Part shown: positions 36,535-45,911 of the stretch, piece after piece | How positions within the stretch are numbered: the stretch's first letter is position 1 | Layout: each line of letters begins with the position of its first letter | IMG/VR virus record: IMGVR_UViG_3300036790_000317 | Span: 1-64,000 of that record | From: a virus | Length of the DNA: 64,000 bases | Direction: 5' to 3' (one strand) | The notes under the pieces: generated by a model | The model's input: the letters and a program-made list of their open reading frames with translations, nothing else | Database searches by the model: none | Told to the model about the DNA's origin: nothing | Program-made: the position numbers and the translations under genes

Positions 36535-37427
36535 AGGTACTCGTTACCGGGTCATCCGGGTTTATCGGCCGGTATATCCTCGCGGAGCTTGCCCGCCGCG
36601 GGCACGAGGCCGTGACATTCGACCTTGCTGATGGCCAGGACGCCCGAGACCGGGAAGCCGTCTTCACGGCACTCACTGGCTGTGATCACTTCATCGCCGC
36701 GGCAGCACTATGCGGTGGCGTCCGGTACATGAATGCCGTCCCGCATGACATCCTCGCCCAGAACCTGCTGATCTCGGCAGCGTCCAGTGATGCCGCGATC
36801 GAAGCGCACCAGCGCGGGGTGCTGCAAAAGATCACGGTCGTCTCATCATCGATGGCGTACGAGATGGCGGGACATGCGCCGCTCATGGAGTATGACGTGC
36901 GGGATATCCCGGCCCCGCAGACGGCCTACGGGTTTTCGAAACTTGCCGGCGAGTATCTCGCACGAGCAGCCTCGGAGCAGCATGGCTTGCCGTACACCAT
37001 CGTCCGGCTGTTCAACTGCACCGGCCCCGGTGACCGTGATCATGTCATCACCGACCTAGTGCGCAAGGTAACCCGCGGAGATAACCCGCTGCACATTCTC
37101 GGCACCGGAAGTCAGGTCAGGTGCTTTACCTGGGCCGAGGACATTGCCGAAGGCGTCGTCACGGCCATGGAACACCCGGCGGCGCTGAATAATAGTTTTA
37201 ACATCGCCTCTCAGGAAGCTACGACCATCTTCATCTTGGCAAGGAAGATCTGGCAGAAGATCCGTGATGACGAGCCTCGCATCCAGTGTGATGCTTCTTT
37301 CCCGCTGGATGTGCAACGCCGTATCCCGTCGGTAGAAAAAGCCAGGAGCCTGCTTAACTTCGAGGCGAAGACGCCACTTGACGTGATGCTTGACAAGGTT
37401 ATCCAGGAGGCACATGCCAGCACCTAA
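36531..37427 (+). CDS. NAD-dependent epimerase/dehydratase (extended SDR)
   Basis: TGSSGFIG, SSS, YGFSK, RLFNCTGP. Confidence 0.9.
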   Translation: MKVLVTGSSGFIGRYILAELARRGHEAVTFDLADGQDARDREAVFTALTGCDHFIAAAALCGGVRYMNAVPHDILAQNLLISAASSDAAIEAHQRGVLQKITVVSSSMAYEMAGHAPLMEYDVRDIPAPQTAYGFSKLAGEYLARAASEQHGLPYTIVRLFNCTGPGDRDHVITDLVRKVTRGDNPLHILGTGSQVRCFTWAEDIAEGVVTAMEHPAALNNSFNIASQEATTIFILARKIWQKIRDDEPRIQCDASFPLDVQRRIPSVEKARSLLNFEAKTPLDVMLDKVIQEAHAST

Positions 37428-37722
37428 CCGGCCAGGTTTCACGAGAACATCGGCCTGCGGGATCAAGACCATCTCGCCGATGGCAGCAAAGCTGCTGATC
37501 GCCGCGCTGACGACGGGCCCGGGATCTCCGCTGGCGCCTTATACCGGCGTAGCGCCGGACTCGAAGGAAGATAACTGCTGTGACGTGACGCTGTACTGGT
37601 ACACGGCGCAAGTTTCTCTCAGGCAGATGGCGAGAGCCGTCCAGGCCCTCAAGCCATCTGGTGTCGGCCCCGTTACCATCAGCATGAACACGCTTGGCAC
37701 GGTTACTTCTGCAGCAGTTTAA
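37414..37722 (+). CDS. hypothetical protein (probable paralog of 41899..42222)
   Basis: GGAGG RBS; CDVTLYW...RQMARAV. Confidence 0.55.
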   Translation: MPAPNRPGFTRTSACGIKTISPMAAKLLIAALTTGPGSPLAPYTGVAPDSKEDNCCDVTLYWYTAQVSLRQMARAVQALKPSGVGPVTISMNTLGTVTSAAV

Positions 37723-37742
37723 ATTGGACATAAGGAGCATAT

Positions 37743-39635
37743 GTGCGCATACTATGGCACAGCAACGCCCCATGGATAGGAACTGGCTACGGGCAGCAGA
37801 CCGCAACCTGGCTTCCGCGCATCGCGGCACTCGGCCATGAGATAACCGTCTCGGGGCCGTTCAGCTTCGCCGGCAGCCCGATGGGGTGGAACGGCTTTAC
37901 CGTCCTGCCGGGGTCACAGGACCCGTTCGGCAACGACATCATCGCCGGGCACTACAACTACATGAAAGCAGACCTGCTGATCACCCTCGCAGACGTTTTC
38001 ATGATGGACCCGAACGTCCTGCAGGGGCTGAACGTCGCGCACTGGCTGCCGGTAGACTGCAACCCGATGGGGGAGATGGACGCGGAGCGCGTCCGCGCGC
38101 TCAGCCCGCAGATCATCGCCATGAGCCGGTTCGGGCAGCGCATGATGCAGGATGCCGGCTTTAACCCGATGTATGTTCCGCACGGCATCGACGTCCAGGA
38201 ATTCAAGCCTCCCCTGAATAAGGCAAAACTCCGCGCAGAGCTGGGCTTTGACCCTGAGATGTTCCTTGTCGGGCTGAATGCCGCGAACAAGGAAGGCCCT
38301 CGCAAGGGCATCGCGGAGCAAATGCAGGCGTTCGCAGAATTCCACGAGGAGCATCCGGGCAGCAAGCTCCTCATCCACAGCAACGGGCAGCCCAAAGGTG
38401 GCCTGGATATCAGGTGCATTGCCGAGCATCTCGGCATCCTGAACGACATCATGCTGCCGGATCAGTACGCCCTGGCATGCGGGCTCATGGGACGGCAGAT
38501 GATGGCGAACTGGTACGGGACCCTCGACGTGCTGATGAACTGCGCGTACGGCGAGGGCTTCGGCCTCCCGGTCATCGAGGCGCAGGCATGCGGGGTGCCG
38601 GTCATCACCACCGACTGGTCGTCAATGACCGAGCTGTGTGGCAGTGGCTGGAAGGTCACCGGCGAGAAATACTGGGTGCCGGGGCACAACTCCTGGTGGA
38701 TGCGGCCTTCGATTCAGCAGATGGCACACTGTCTCACCATGGCCTGGGAGCATACCCAGAACGGCAAGATCCTTCCCATGCAGAGGGCAGCCCGTGAGTT
38801 CTCCATGCAGTATGACGCGGATGCGGTGCTAACGAAGTTCTGGAAGCCGGTGCTGGATGAGCTGGAGGACAGGCGGCCGAAGGTTACCATCCTGGATCTT
38901 GCCGCGCGCAAGCAGGTGCTTGCAGTTACCGGTGATGCCCGGCGAGACATGCTGCTCATCGTGCCGTCACGCGGGCGGCCGGAAAGCGTCAGGCGGTTTA
39001 CCGAGGCGGTCAAGGCGACGTCTGAAGCACAAACGGACATCATCTTCGGTTTCGATGATGATGATCCTTCTCTGCAGGACTGCATCAGGGAGGCCGAGAG
39101 CACGCCGTACCGCACCGGGCCCCGGATGAACCAGATCGAGTGGACGAACGTGCTTGCGCTGGAGCATGCTGATGATTACCGGGTGCTCGTCTGCCTCGGT
39201 GATGATCATGTACCCCGGACGCCGGGTTTTGACACCCAGCTCCTGCTGGCACTAGACGCCGGGAACATCATCGCGTATCCGAATGACCTGGTACGAGATG
39301 ACATCCCGGAGGTTATGGCTGTCCGGTCAGAAGCCGTGAAGGCACTGGGCTGGCTGGTCATGCCGGAACTGAAGCATTACTTCTGTGACAACGTGTGGGC
39401 TGATCTCGGCAAGCACGGGAAGGTTATCGCCTACCTGCCAGATGTCATCGTCGAGCACATGCACCATCTCCGGGTCAAGGAAGTGGAGCGGGACGCAACA
39501 TACCGCGATTCTGAGCATTCCTTCATGCACGATAAGAATGAGTACGAGAAATGGCGGGCGCAGCGTCTCCCTGACGACTTGAAGAAAATCAAAACTGCCG
39601 TGAAGACGCCGGCGCTGGCTGCTCTCGGAGACTAA
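37743..39635 (+). CDS. bifunctional glycosyltransferase (GT4-like GT-B plus GT2-like GT-A)
   Basis: EGFGLPVIEAQACGVPVI; then IVPSRGRP, FDDDD, GDDH. Confidence 0.88.
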   Translation: MRILWHSNAPWIGTGYGQQTATWLPRIAALGHEITVSGPFSFAGSPMGWNGFTVLPGSQDPFGNDIIAGHYNYMKADLLITLADVFMMDPNVLQGLNVAHWLPVDCNPMGEMDAERVRALSPQIIAMSRFGQRMMQDAGFNPMYVPHGIDVQEFKPPLNKAKLRAELGFDPEMFLVGLNAANKEGPRKGIAEQMQAFAEFHEEHPGSKLLIHSNGQPKGGLDIRCIAEHLGILNDIMLPDQYALACGLMGRQMMANWYGTLDVLMNCAYGEGFGLPVIEAQACGVPVITTDWSSMTELCGSGWKVTGEKYWVPGHNSWWMRPSIQQMAHCLTMAWEHTQNGKILPMQRAAREFSMQYDADAVLTKFWKPVLDELEDRRPKVTILDLAARKQVLAVTGDARRDMLLIVPSRGRPESVRRFTEAVKATSEAQTDIIFGFDDDDPSLQDCIREAESTPYRTGPRMNQIEWTNVLALEHADDYRVLVCLGDDHVPRTPGFDTQLLLALDAGNIIAYPNDLVRDDIPEVMAVRSEAVKALGWLVMPELKHYFCDNVWADLGKHGKVIAYLPDVIVEHMHHLRVKEVERDATYRDSEHSFMHDKNEYEKWRAQRLPDDLKKIKTAVKTPALAALGD

Positions 39636-39702
39636 TGATCACTCTAGCAGCGCAAGCGTCAATCATTCTGGCAATTGACCGTGAACTTTACGGTTTCTGT
39701 TT

Positions 39703-41379
39703 ATGATGACTTATCCGGACGCGATGACTACCGGTCCTGCGGCGGGTGGCTACACGAGTCTTACTCCCGAAACCGGACAGGTTATTAATTCGGGATCCGT
39801 TCCTCCCTGGTGTATCCTGCAAGATGACGAGTCGTACCTGATCGAGGGCCTGGCCATCGCCGGCGGCCTGGACATCGACCTCACGGGCGGCGTGAAAATC
39901 GCCGGCTGCCAGATCACCGTCCCGGGCGGCGGCGATAGCAACGGCATCGTATGGCGCCAGCCGGGGTGGACCGTGCAGTACTGCGAAATCTCCGCCCCCG
40001 ACGACGACCCCGCGGACCGGATCTCGATCGCCGTCCAGGACCTCGCCGGGGGCGGCACGCTCGACCACTGCGACATCCGCTGGTGCCGCCAGTGCCTCGG
40101 CACCGGCAGCAGCGACGTGACCGTTACGGACAACTACCTTCACGACCTGGTGTTCTTCACCGGGGACCACTCCGAGAACATCTACCTCGGCGGCGCCGGC
40201 ATGTCTGGAGTCATGATCAGCGGGAACACGATCCTGAACCCGCTCGACCAGACGGCGTGCGTGTTCATGGACAACGCATCGGCGGGCCCGGCCTACGACG
40301 GCGTGACGATCTCCGGTAACTACATCGCCGGCGGCGGTTACGCCATCTACGGCGGTACCGAGAACGGCGGCGTCGTCACCGGCCTGGTCATCGAGGACAA
40401 CGTCTTCGGCACCGGCTATTTTCCGGGCGTGGGATCCGAGGGCCTGCTTGCTGACGTGCCTGCGTGGGGCACGAGCGGGAATGAATGGTCTGCTAATACG
40501 GTGGGAGGGCTCGTGAGTTTCACCGTTACGGCAACCCAGGGTGGCAGTACTGCCACGAAGATGGCAGGCGTTCTGGAAGTCCTCACCGAGGCATCTGCGT
40601 CACAGCCTGGAACAACTGCCGCCGCGAATGCTATCAGCGCGTCACTCACCCCGGCATATAACGGTTCGTGGATCTATATCGCAGCCGTGGCTACCGGATC
40701 GCCTTCTATTCTTACCGGGCAGACTACTCTGCAATCGGTTGCATCTACTGACCGCTATTACCAGCTTCGCACCACGGCCACCCAGTCGGCGGGGACGCCG
40801 TTTACCGCGGGCTTGTCCGGTGGCACCGCACTCGGCATCGCGGCAACGGAGATCATTCCTGCGGGTATCCTGGCGCAGGATTCTTCATCTCCGGCTGTAT
40901 CCGGAGTGGTTTCGGCTACGTCATGGACCACTGCCGCGTTTACGCCACCTGCCGGGTCATTGCTGGTTTTGATGCTTTCCTGCGAGGCTAGCGCCGGCGT
41001 CATGACCATGGCCGTGTCCGATACGTCTGGCTTGGGCCTGACCTGGGTGCAGCAAGCAGGCAATAACGGTTCTGCGCAGGGTTACACCGGCGTATGGACC
41101 GCGCAGGTTCCGGCTGCTCCGGTAGCAAGTAGCAGCTCATCTCTGATTACGGCAGTCGGTCCTGCCAATACTGTCGTTCAGGTTTTCCCGGGTGCCCAGG
41201 TGCCGGCCATCTGCCCCGTGGCCAGCACCGGCGCGCCACTGTTCCTCGGCACCGCGGTGACAGCCGCCCCGACGTTGAATACCAGCGGAGATAACGAGAA
41301 CGCGGTCATGCAGGTGCAGCCCGGGATGCTGGTGAGAGCCGTGGTGCTTGTGGATACATCCGGTAACTTCGTGTCATAG
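39703..41379 (+). CDS. virion protein with right-handed beta-helix
   Basis: repeats VTVTDNYL, VMISGNTI, VTISGNYI, LVIEDNVF. Confidence 0.7.
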   Translation: MMTYPDAMTTGPAAGGYTSLTPETGQVINSGSVPPWCILQDDESYLIEGLAIAGGLDIDLTGGVKIAGCQITVPGGGDSNGIVWRQPGWTVQYCEISAPDDDPADRISIAVQDLAGGGTLDHCDIRWCRQCLGTGSSDVTVTDNYLHDLVFFTGDHSENIYLGGAGMSGVMISGNTILNPLDQTACVFMDNASAGPAYDGVTISGNYIAGGGYAIYGGTENGGVVTGLVIEDNVFGTGYFPGVGSEGLLADVPAWGTSGNEWSANTVGGLVSFTVTATQGGSTATKMAGVLEVLTEASASQPGTTAAANAISASLTPAYNGSWIYIAAVATGSPSILTGQTTLQSVASTDRYYQLRTTATQSAGTPFTAGLSGGTALGIAATEIIPAGILAQDSSSPAVSGVVSATSWTTAAFTPPAGSLLVLMLSCEASAGVMTMAVSDTSGLGLTWVQQAGNNGSAQGYTGVWTAQVPAAPVASSSSSLITAVGPANTVVQVFPGAQVPAICPVASTGAPLFLGTAVTAAPTLNTSGDNENAVMQVQPGMLVRAVVLVDTSGNFVS

Positions 41380-41386
41380 GAGGCAT

Positions 41387-41896
41387 GTGGGTAACCTTGT
41401 CACGGGGGCCGGGGCACCGAATGCCATCATGGCCGTGCAGCCCGGCATGCAGGTGGAAGTTGTCACACTCGTTGACCAGTACGGGAACCCGTTGTCAGGA
41501 CTGTCACCCGCCGGGTCAGCAGGCGGGGTGCTGGCTGGCACATACCCGAACCCGGGATTCGCCGCTGCCCCGTCTTTTACCGGCACTGCCACGGCCGGGG
41601 CTTACTACGCGAGTACCGGTGCCGTGGATGTTGCGACGGCTGGCTTCGGCCTGAAGGTTGCTACGGGCGCGAACGCGAAGCTCGGCACCGGCTCGATGAA
41701 CGGCGGGTCAGCCGTCGTCGCCAACACCAGTGTCACCGCTAACTCTTACGTCTTCATCACGGACACGTCGGCTGCGACGACGAACGTCGGCGCGCTGACG
41801 GTCACGGCCCTGAGCGCCGGGACGAGCTTCACGGTCAAGTCTACCAGTGCCCTGGATGCTTCGACCTTCAACTACTTCATCGTCGAGTCTGGCTGA
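41387..41896 (+). CDS. virion decoration/fibre protein
   Basis: GGAGG-GTG start; AGGVLAGTYPNP fibre motif. Confidence 0.65.
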   Translation: MGNLVTGAGAPNAIMAVQPGMQVEVVTLVDQYGNPLSGLSPAGSAGGVLAGTYPNPGFAAAPSFTGTATAGAYYASTGAVDVATAGFGLKVATGANAKLGTGSMNGGSAVVANTSVTANSYVFITDTSAATTNVGALTVTALSAGTSFTVKSTSALDASTFNYFIVESG

Positions 41897-41898
41897 TC

Positions 41899-42222
41899 AT
41901 GGCCGGCACCATTTACCTGCCGGCATGGTACACCTCGGGGGCGCAGGCATCGGTGACGTGCCTGATCCCGTCGGACGCGGCGCGGATGGCGAGCATCCTG
42001 CAGAACAGCCCAGCTCTCGGCACCGCGATCCCGACCCAGGTTACGGGCAACAGTGACCGGTGTGACCTGTACTGGACCTCGACGCCGTGGCCGTCGGGAA
42101 CGGGCACCCCGCAGCCTCTCACCCCGCCGTCCCGGGCACAGGTTACCCGGGCCGTGATGGCGACCGGGATCATGTACCGGCGCATCGACTTTTACCCGAA
42201 CGTGGAAGGAGGGCCGTGGTAA
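41899..42222 (+). CDS. hypothetical protein
   Basis: operon-packed; RCDLYW. Confidence 0.55.
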   Translation: MAGTIYLPAWYTSGAQASVTCLIPSDAARMASILQNSPALGTAIPTQVTGNSDRCDLYWTSTPWPSGTGTPQPLTPPSRAQVTRAVMATGIMYRRIDFYPNVEGGPW

Positions 42223-42497
42223 TGCCAAAGGTTGCACTCCCGCCCGGCTGTTTCGGGCTCACCGGCCCGGACGGCTCGAAGACGAAGCCGGTCAAGCCTG
42301 GCAGCAGCGTCATGGTCACGGACGAGCAGGCCAAGGTCATCAACAGCAGCAGCAACGGCCAGCTCGGCATTATCTCAGGTACCCAGGCCACGGTCATCGG
42401 CACGAAGAGAGGCCGGCGCTGCACGTGGTGCGGCCGGCTGTGGCAGGCATGGTCCGTAACCTGCCCCAGATGCGGCAGGGATACCAAGGAGGAATAG
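42222..42497 (+). CDS. Zn-ribbon protein
   Basis: CTWC...CPRC. Confidence 0.6.
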   Translation: MPKVALPPGCFGLTGPDGSKTKPVKPGSSVMVTDEQAKVINSSSNGQLGIISGTQATVIGTKRGRRCTWCGRLWQAWSVTCPRCGRDTKEE

Positions 42498-42499
42498 CA

Positions 42500-43264
42500 G
42501 TGCCTCTTTATGCAAGAAGCGATGTGGTCCACATCGCCATTCCTGCTGAGAGCGGAGGGTGTGGCGCCAGTCACGCGCGACCTGTTCTCAACGGGGCTCC
42601 GGCGAAGATCTGGCGGCTGTCCTGTCCCGCGTGCGAGACGTACCTGCGGGACGACATCGAGCGGTCTACGTATGAGATGACGGACCGTGACGGCAAGAAG
42701 CACACGATCAACAACAGCACGTGGGGCACCCACGAGCTCAAGATCCCGAAAACACCGGACGAGGCGCGGATCGCGGATGACCTGGAAAAGGAAGGAAAGC
42801 AGTCCATGGCTGCTGCGTTCCAGGGCGTGGCCGGGTCCCTGATCGCCGACCGCCGCCTGCAGGATATGGCCGCCATTGATGCGGCCATGAAGGCAGAGGA
42901 AGCGGCCCGTGCCGATCAGCGCGTTGCCCAGCTTGAAACGGAACTAGCCGAAATGCGCGCGCTCGTTCAAGGCATCGCCGGCAGCGTCCACAAGCCCGTG
43001 GACGATGCTTTGGCAGCAAGTACGTCAAGTACTGCGCCGAAGCAGCCCGCGGTTTCTCGAGGCATCTCAAAGCCTGTGATGACCGTGACACCCAGGGAGA
43101 AAAACGGCAAGATCGTGCCGCCGATCCCGTCAGGTTCCCTGGCAGACCCGAAATCTGCCTGCTCATCGTGCGGAGGCTCCCTCAGGGCTCCCGGGTCGAA
43201 GGGGCCGACGCCGAAGGGCACCTGCCTGGCATGCCGGGCTAAGGCGCGGAGCAGAGTGGCCTGA
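42500..43264 (+). CDS. Zn-binding coiled-coil protein
   Basis: AGGAGG RBS; C..H, CPAC, CSSC, CLAC. Confidence 0.6.
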   Translation: MPLYARSDVVHIAIPAESGGCGASHARPVLNGAPAKIWRLSCPACETYLRDDIERSTYEMTDRDGKKHTINNSTWGTHELKIPKTPDEARIADDLEKEGKQSMAAAFQGVAGSLIADRRLQDMAAIDAAMKAEEAARADQRVAQLETELAEMRALVQGIAGSVHKPVDDALAASTSSTAPKQPAVSRGISKPVMTVTPREKNGKIVPPIPSGSLADPKSACSSCGGSLRAPGSKGPTPKGTCLACRAKARSRVA

Positions 43265-43479
43265 TGTCATGGCGGACCCGTGGCGTTCCCTTCCCCGCCG
43301 GCACTCCGTGTGAGCGCTGCGGGGCAGGACGCCGCGGAGGCCGCCGCAAGGCAGCCGCGATCGCAGACTGTCGAGAATGCCATGCTGCCGTCTGCGAGCG
43401 GCATGCCCGCTGGGATGATAACGACTGGGTGTGCACGCCGTGCGCCCGTAAAATGGGAATGAACGTCAAGCTGCAATAG
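43264..43479 (+). CDS. small Zn-finger protein
   Basis: CERC, CREC, CERH, CTPC. Confidence 0.55.
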   Translation: MSWRTRGVPFPAGTPCERCGAGRRGGRRKAAAIADCRECHAAVCERHARWDDNDWVCTPCARKMGMNVKLQ

Positions 43480-43594
43480 CAATCGTACTATGACGGCAAG
43501 ACCATCCTGGCTGGCAACGAAGACCTGGCAGCATGATGATCATGGCTAGCTATGATCATGTGGTAGATAGCTAATATCTTAATACAGGAGGCCA

Positions 43595-44533
43595 ATGCCG
43601 GTTACCATTGCCGGGCCTCTGACGCCGTATATCACGCCTCAAATCCTCCTGAACGCGCCGACCGGGATTTCCTGGAAGACGATCCCGTCAACCGGCGCGA
43701 CCGCGGCAGAGCAAGCTGCCGAGCAGATGAATCTCTGCATGCGTGCTACGTCCATGGTTGAGGCGTTCACGAACAACATCCTCCGCGCAACGATCGACAC
43801 CGAGACTCTTTACGGCCCGGATTTCCGGATTACGATTAACCGCAATACCGGGGTGACCCGGTGCGAGCTGTCCCGGTACCCGGTCACGCAGGTGCTGAGC
43901 GGGCAGTTCTCGAACGCTGCCAGCTTCCCGCCGCAGTGGGTTGCGATCGCCCAGGACCAGTTCGCCATCGACCGGCCGGTCATCGGCATCTACGGCTCGT
44001 CAGCGCCCAGCAACGCCGGTGACGGCGGGCAGTCCGTCTACGTTGCGCCGGGCAACATCAGCTGGGCCAACGGCCGGCTCGGCTACCAGCTTCAGATGAC
44101 CTACGTCAACGGGTGGCCACACTGCAGCCTGACGGCTGCCGTGGTCTCGGGCGCGACCACGATTCAGGTTGACGACTGCACCGGCTGGGCACCGGTCACC
44201 TCCGGCGGGCAGGGGGCAACGGGCGTCATCTTTGACGGGGACGACCAGGAGGTCGTCACGGTGACCGCCGCCACGGCGCAGTCCGGTCCCGGGACCTTGA
44301 CGCTCGGGACCGGGCTGTCATTCGGTCACGGTGCCCAGGTCGTCGTCAGCACCTTCCCGCAGCAGGTCATGCTCGCCGCGATCTTCTTTGCCACGGCGCA
44401 GGCGCTTGTCCGAGGCGCGACGGCGACGACGATCCAGGCCATCTCCGGGACAGGGCAGGCGACAGCAAGTGGTCATTACGAGCTGATGAAGACCGGCGAG
44501 GAACTGCTCTGGCCGTACCGCAGGTCAATCTGA
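43595..44533 (+). CDS. head-to-tail adaptor-like protein
   Basis: position; ATSMVEAFTN...YVNGW...LLWPYRR. Confidence 0.6.
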   Translation: MPVTIAGPLTPYITPQILLNAPTGISWKTIPSTGATAAEQAAEQMNLCMRATSMVEAFTNNILRATIDTETLYGPDFRITINRNTGVTRCELSRYPVTQVLSGQFSNAASFPPQWVAIAQDQFAIDRPVIGIYGSSAPSNAGDGGQSVYVAPGNISWANGRLGYQLQMTYVNGWPHCSLTAAVVSGATTIQVDDCTGWAPVTSGGQGATGVIFDGDDQEVVTVTAATAQSGPGTLTLGTGLSFGHGAQVVVSTFPQQVMLAAIFFATAQALVRGATATTIQAISGTGQATASGHYELMKTGEELLWPYRRSI

Positions 44534-45042
44534 TGCCGGTCAACACTGTTCACCTGGCTATCAAGTCCATTCTGGATGGCCTGATCGTGCCGGGCAAGGC
44601 CGGCGTCCTGCACTGCTACATCACGCCGGTAGACCCGCGTGAGGACCCGGACCCGGCCATCTATATCTGGCCGAGCCGGGGCCACGAACACCGGCAGTCC
44701 GTGCCACGCGCCAGCCCCGGGTACCAGCCGGCTACCCAGTCAGGATGGAAAGAAATCGAGCATACCATCGACGGGTTCCTGACCTGGTTTGGCGAGGACA
44801 GTGACAGCCAGGCTGACTCGACGTTCCCGGCGGTCGTGGACGCGGTCCTGCAAGCCCTCAGGAACGCCGATGATCCGATGTACGCGGTAACGGACCCGCT
44901 GACCGGGCAGCAGTCAGACCTGGCCGGGATCGGAGAGAAGCTTGAGTACGAGATCGGCCCGGTCCGCACGGTCGCTGACCAGCGGTACCTCAGGTACGAC
45001 GCGCTGATCACGATCCAGTTCTGCGAGTGGTTCCAGAGTTAA
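44533..45042 (+). CDS. tail completion/terminator-like protein
   Basis: size and position before tail tube. Confidence 0.5.
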   Translation: MPVNTVHLAIKSILDGLIVPGKAGVLHCYITPVDPREDPDPAIYIWPSRGHEHRQSVPRASPGYQPATQSGWKEIEHTIDGFLTWFGEDSDSQADSTFPAVVDAVLQALRNADDPMYAVTDPLTGQQSDLAGIGEKLEYEIGPVRTVADQRYLRYDALITIQFCEWFQS

Positions 45043-45617
45043 TACTGCCACGCTTGCCCTTCCTGATCATAAGCTGATACCGGGATAATGGTGCCTGGCT
45101 TCACCAGGTTCCGGTACAAGATCCCGTTCAGGTGATCAATTTCGTGGCAGGCTAGCCGCGCTGCGCCACGTTTCAGGGTCGTGAGCACGGTCATCCCGCT
45201 GGTGTCTTCGTGAATGACGTCGATAACTAGTGGCCTTGGCACGATTCCACGTACTCCGAAAAATGATAGGCAGCCCTCGTGCTGCTCATCGATTTCGGGT
45301 GATGAGAAGACAATCCGAGGATTGAGCAGTGCCAATGCCACTCCACGTGGGGCGTGGATGACTGCTGCCGCACGAGATATGCCGATCTGCGGGGCGGCAA
45401 TCCCCATGCCTTTCGGGAAGTCGTGAACAAGACGCAGGCGATCAAGCATCACTATCAGCCGGGAAATGATATTTCCAGCTTCGCTGGCTTCGGCTGGCAG
45501 ATGAAATGGCGTCGTAACCTGAGTCAGTACCGGATCACCTTCCTGGACGATGCCAGCAGATTGCATCAGCTCAGCCGGGGTTGGCATGGTCATGTTTTGC
45601 TCCTGTTTCTGGGACAT
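45039..45617 (-). CDS. def: peptide deformylase
   Basis: GMGIAAPQIG, EGCLS, HEIDHLNG. Confidence 0.93.
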   Translation of the reverse strand: MSQKQEQNMTMPTPAELMQSAGIVQEGDPVLTQVTTPFHLPAEASEAGNIISRLIVMLDRLRLVHDFPKGMGIAAPQIGISRAAAVIHAPRGVALALLNPRIVFSSPEIDEQHEGCLSFFGVRGIVPRPLVIDVIHEDTSGMTVLTTLKRGAARLACHEIDHLNGILYRNLVKPGTIIPVSAYDQEGQAWQY

Positions 45618-45677
45618 GGTTTCTTCTGATCTGTTTTATCTTCTTCATACGGTTCATGACATACAACACGGAGGCAA

Positions 45678-45908
45678 GTGCGATACGTTTTTTCGGGCCC
45701 CGGGACGTATGTTTTCCCGGAACGTGCGGGGACAGGCGGGACACTGACCACGGTACCTGGTGAGTCATATGAGTTTGCCGGAGACCCGCCGGGGCCACCG
45801 CAGTGGTGGAGCAAGGCAGCCAGCGCGGGCAAGAGCACGAGCGCAGGTACCAGCGCAGCTGCCACAGGCACCGGCACCACGAGTCCTGCAACGGAAAAGG
45901 GGAACTAA
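45678..45908 (+). CDS. small tail-region protein
   Basis: GGAGG RBS; directly before tail tube. Confidence 0.55.
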   Translation: MRYVFSGPGTYVFPERAGTGGTLTTVPGESYEFAGDPPGPPQWWSKAASAGKSTSAGTSAAATGTGTTSPATEKGN

Positions 45909-45911
45909 CCG

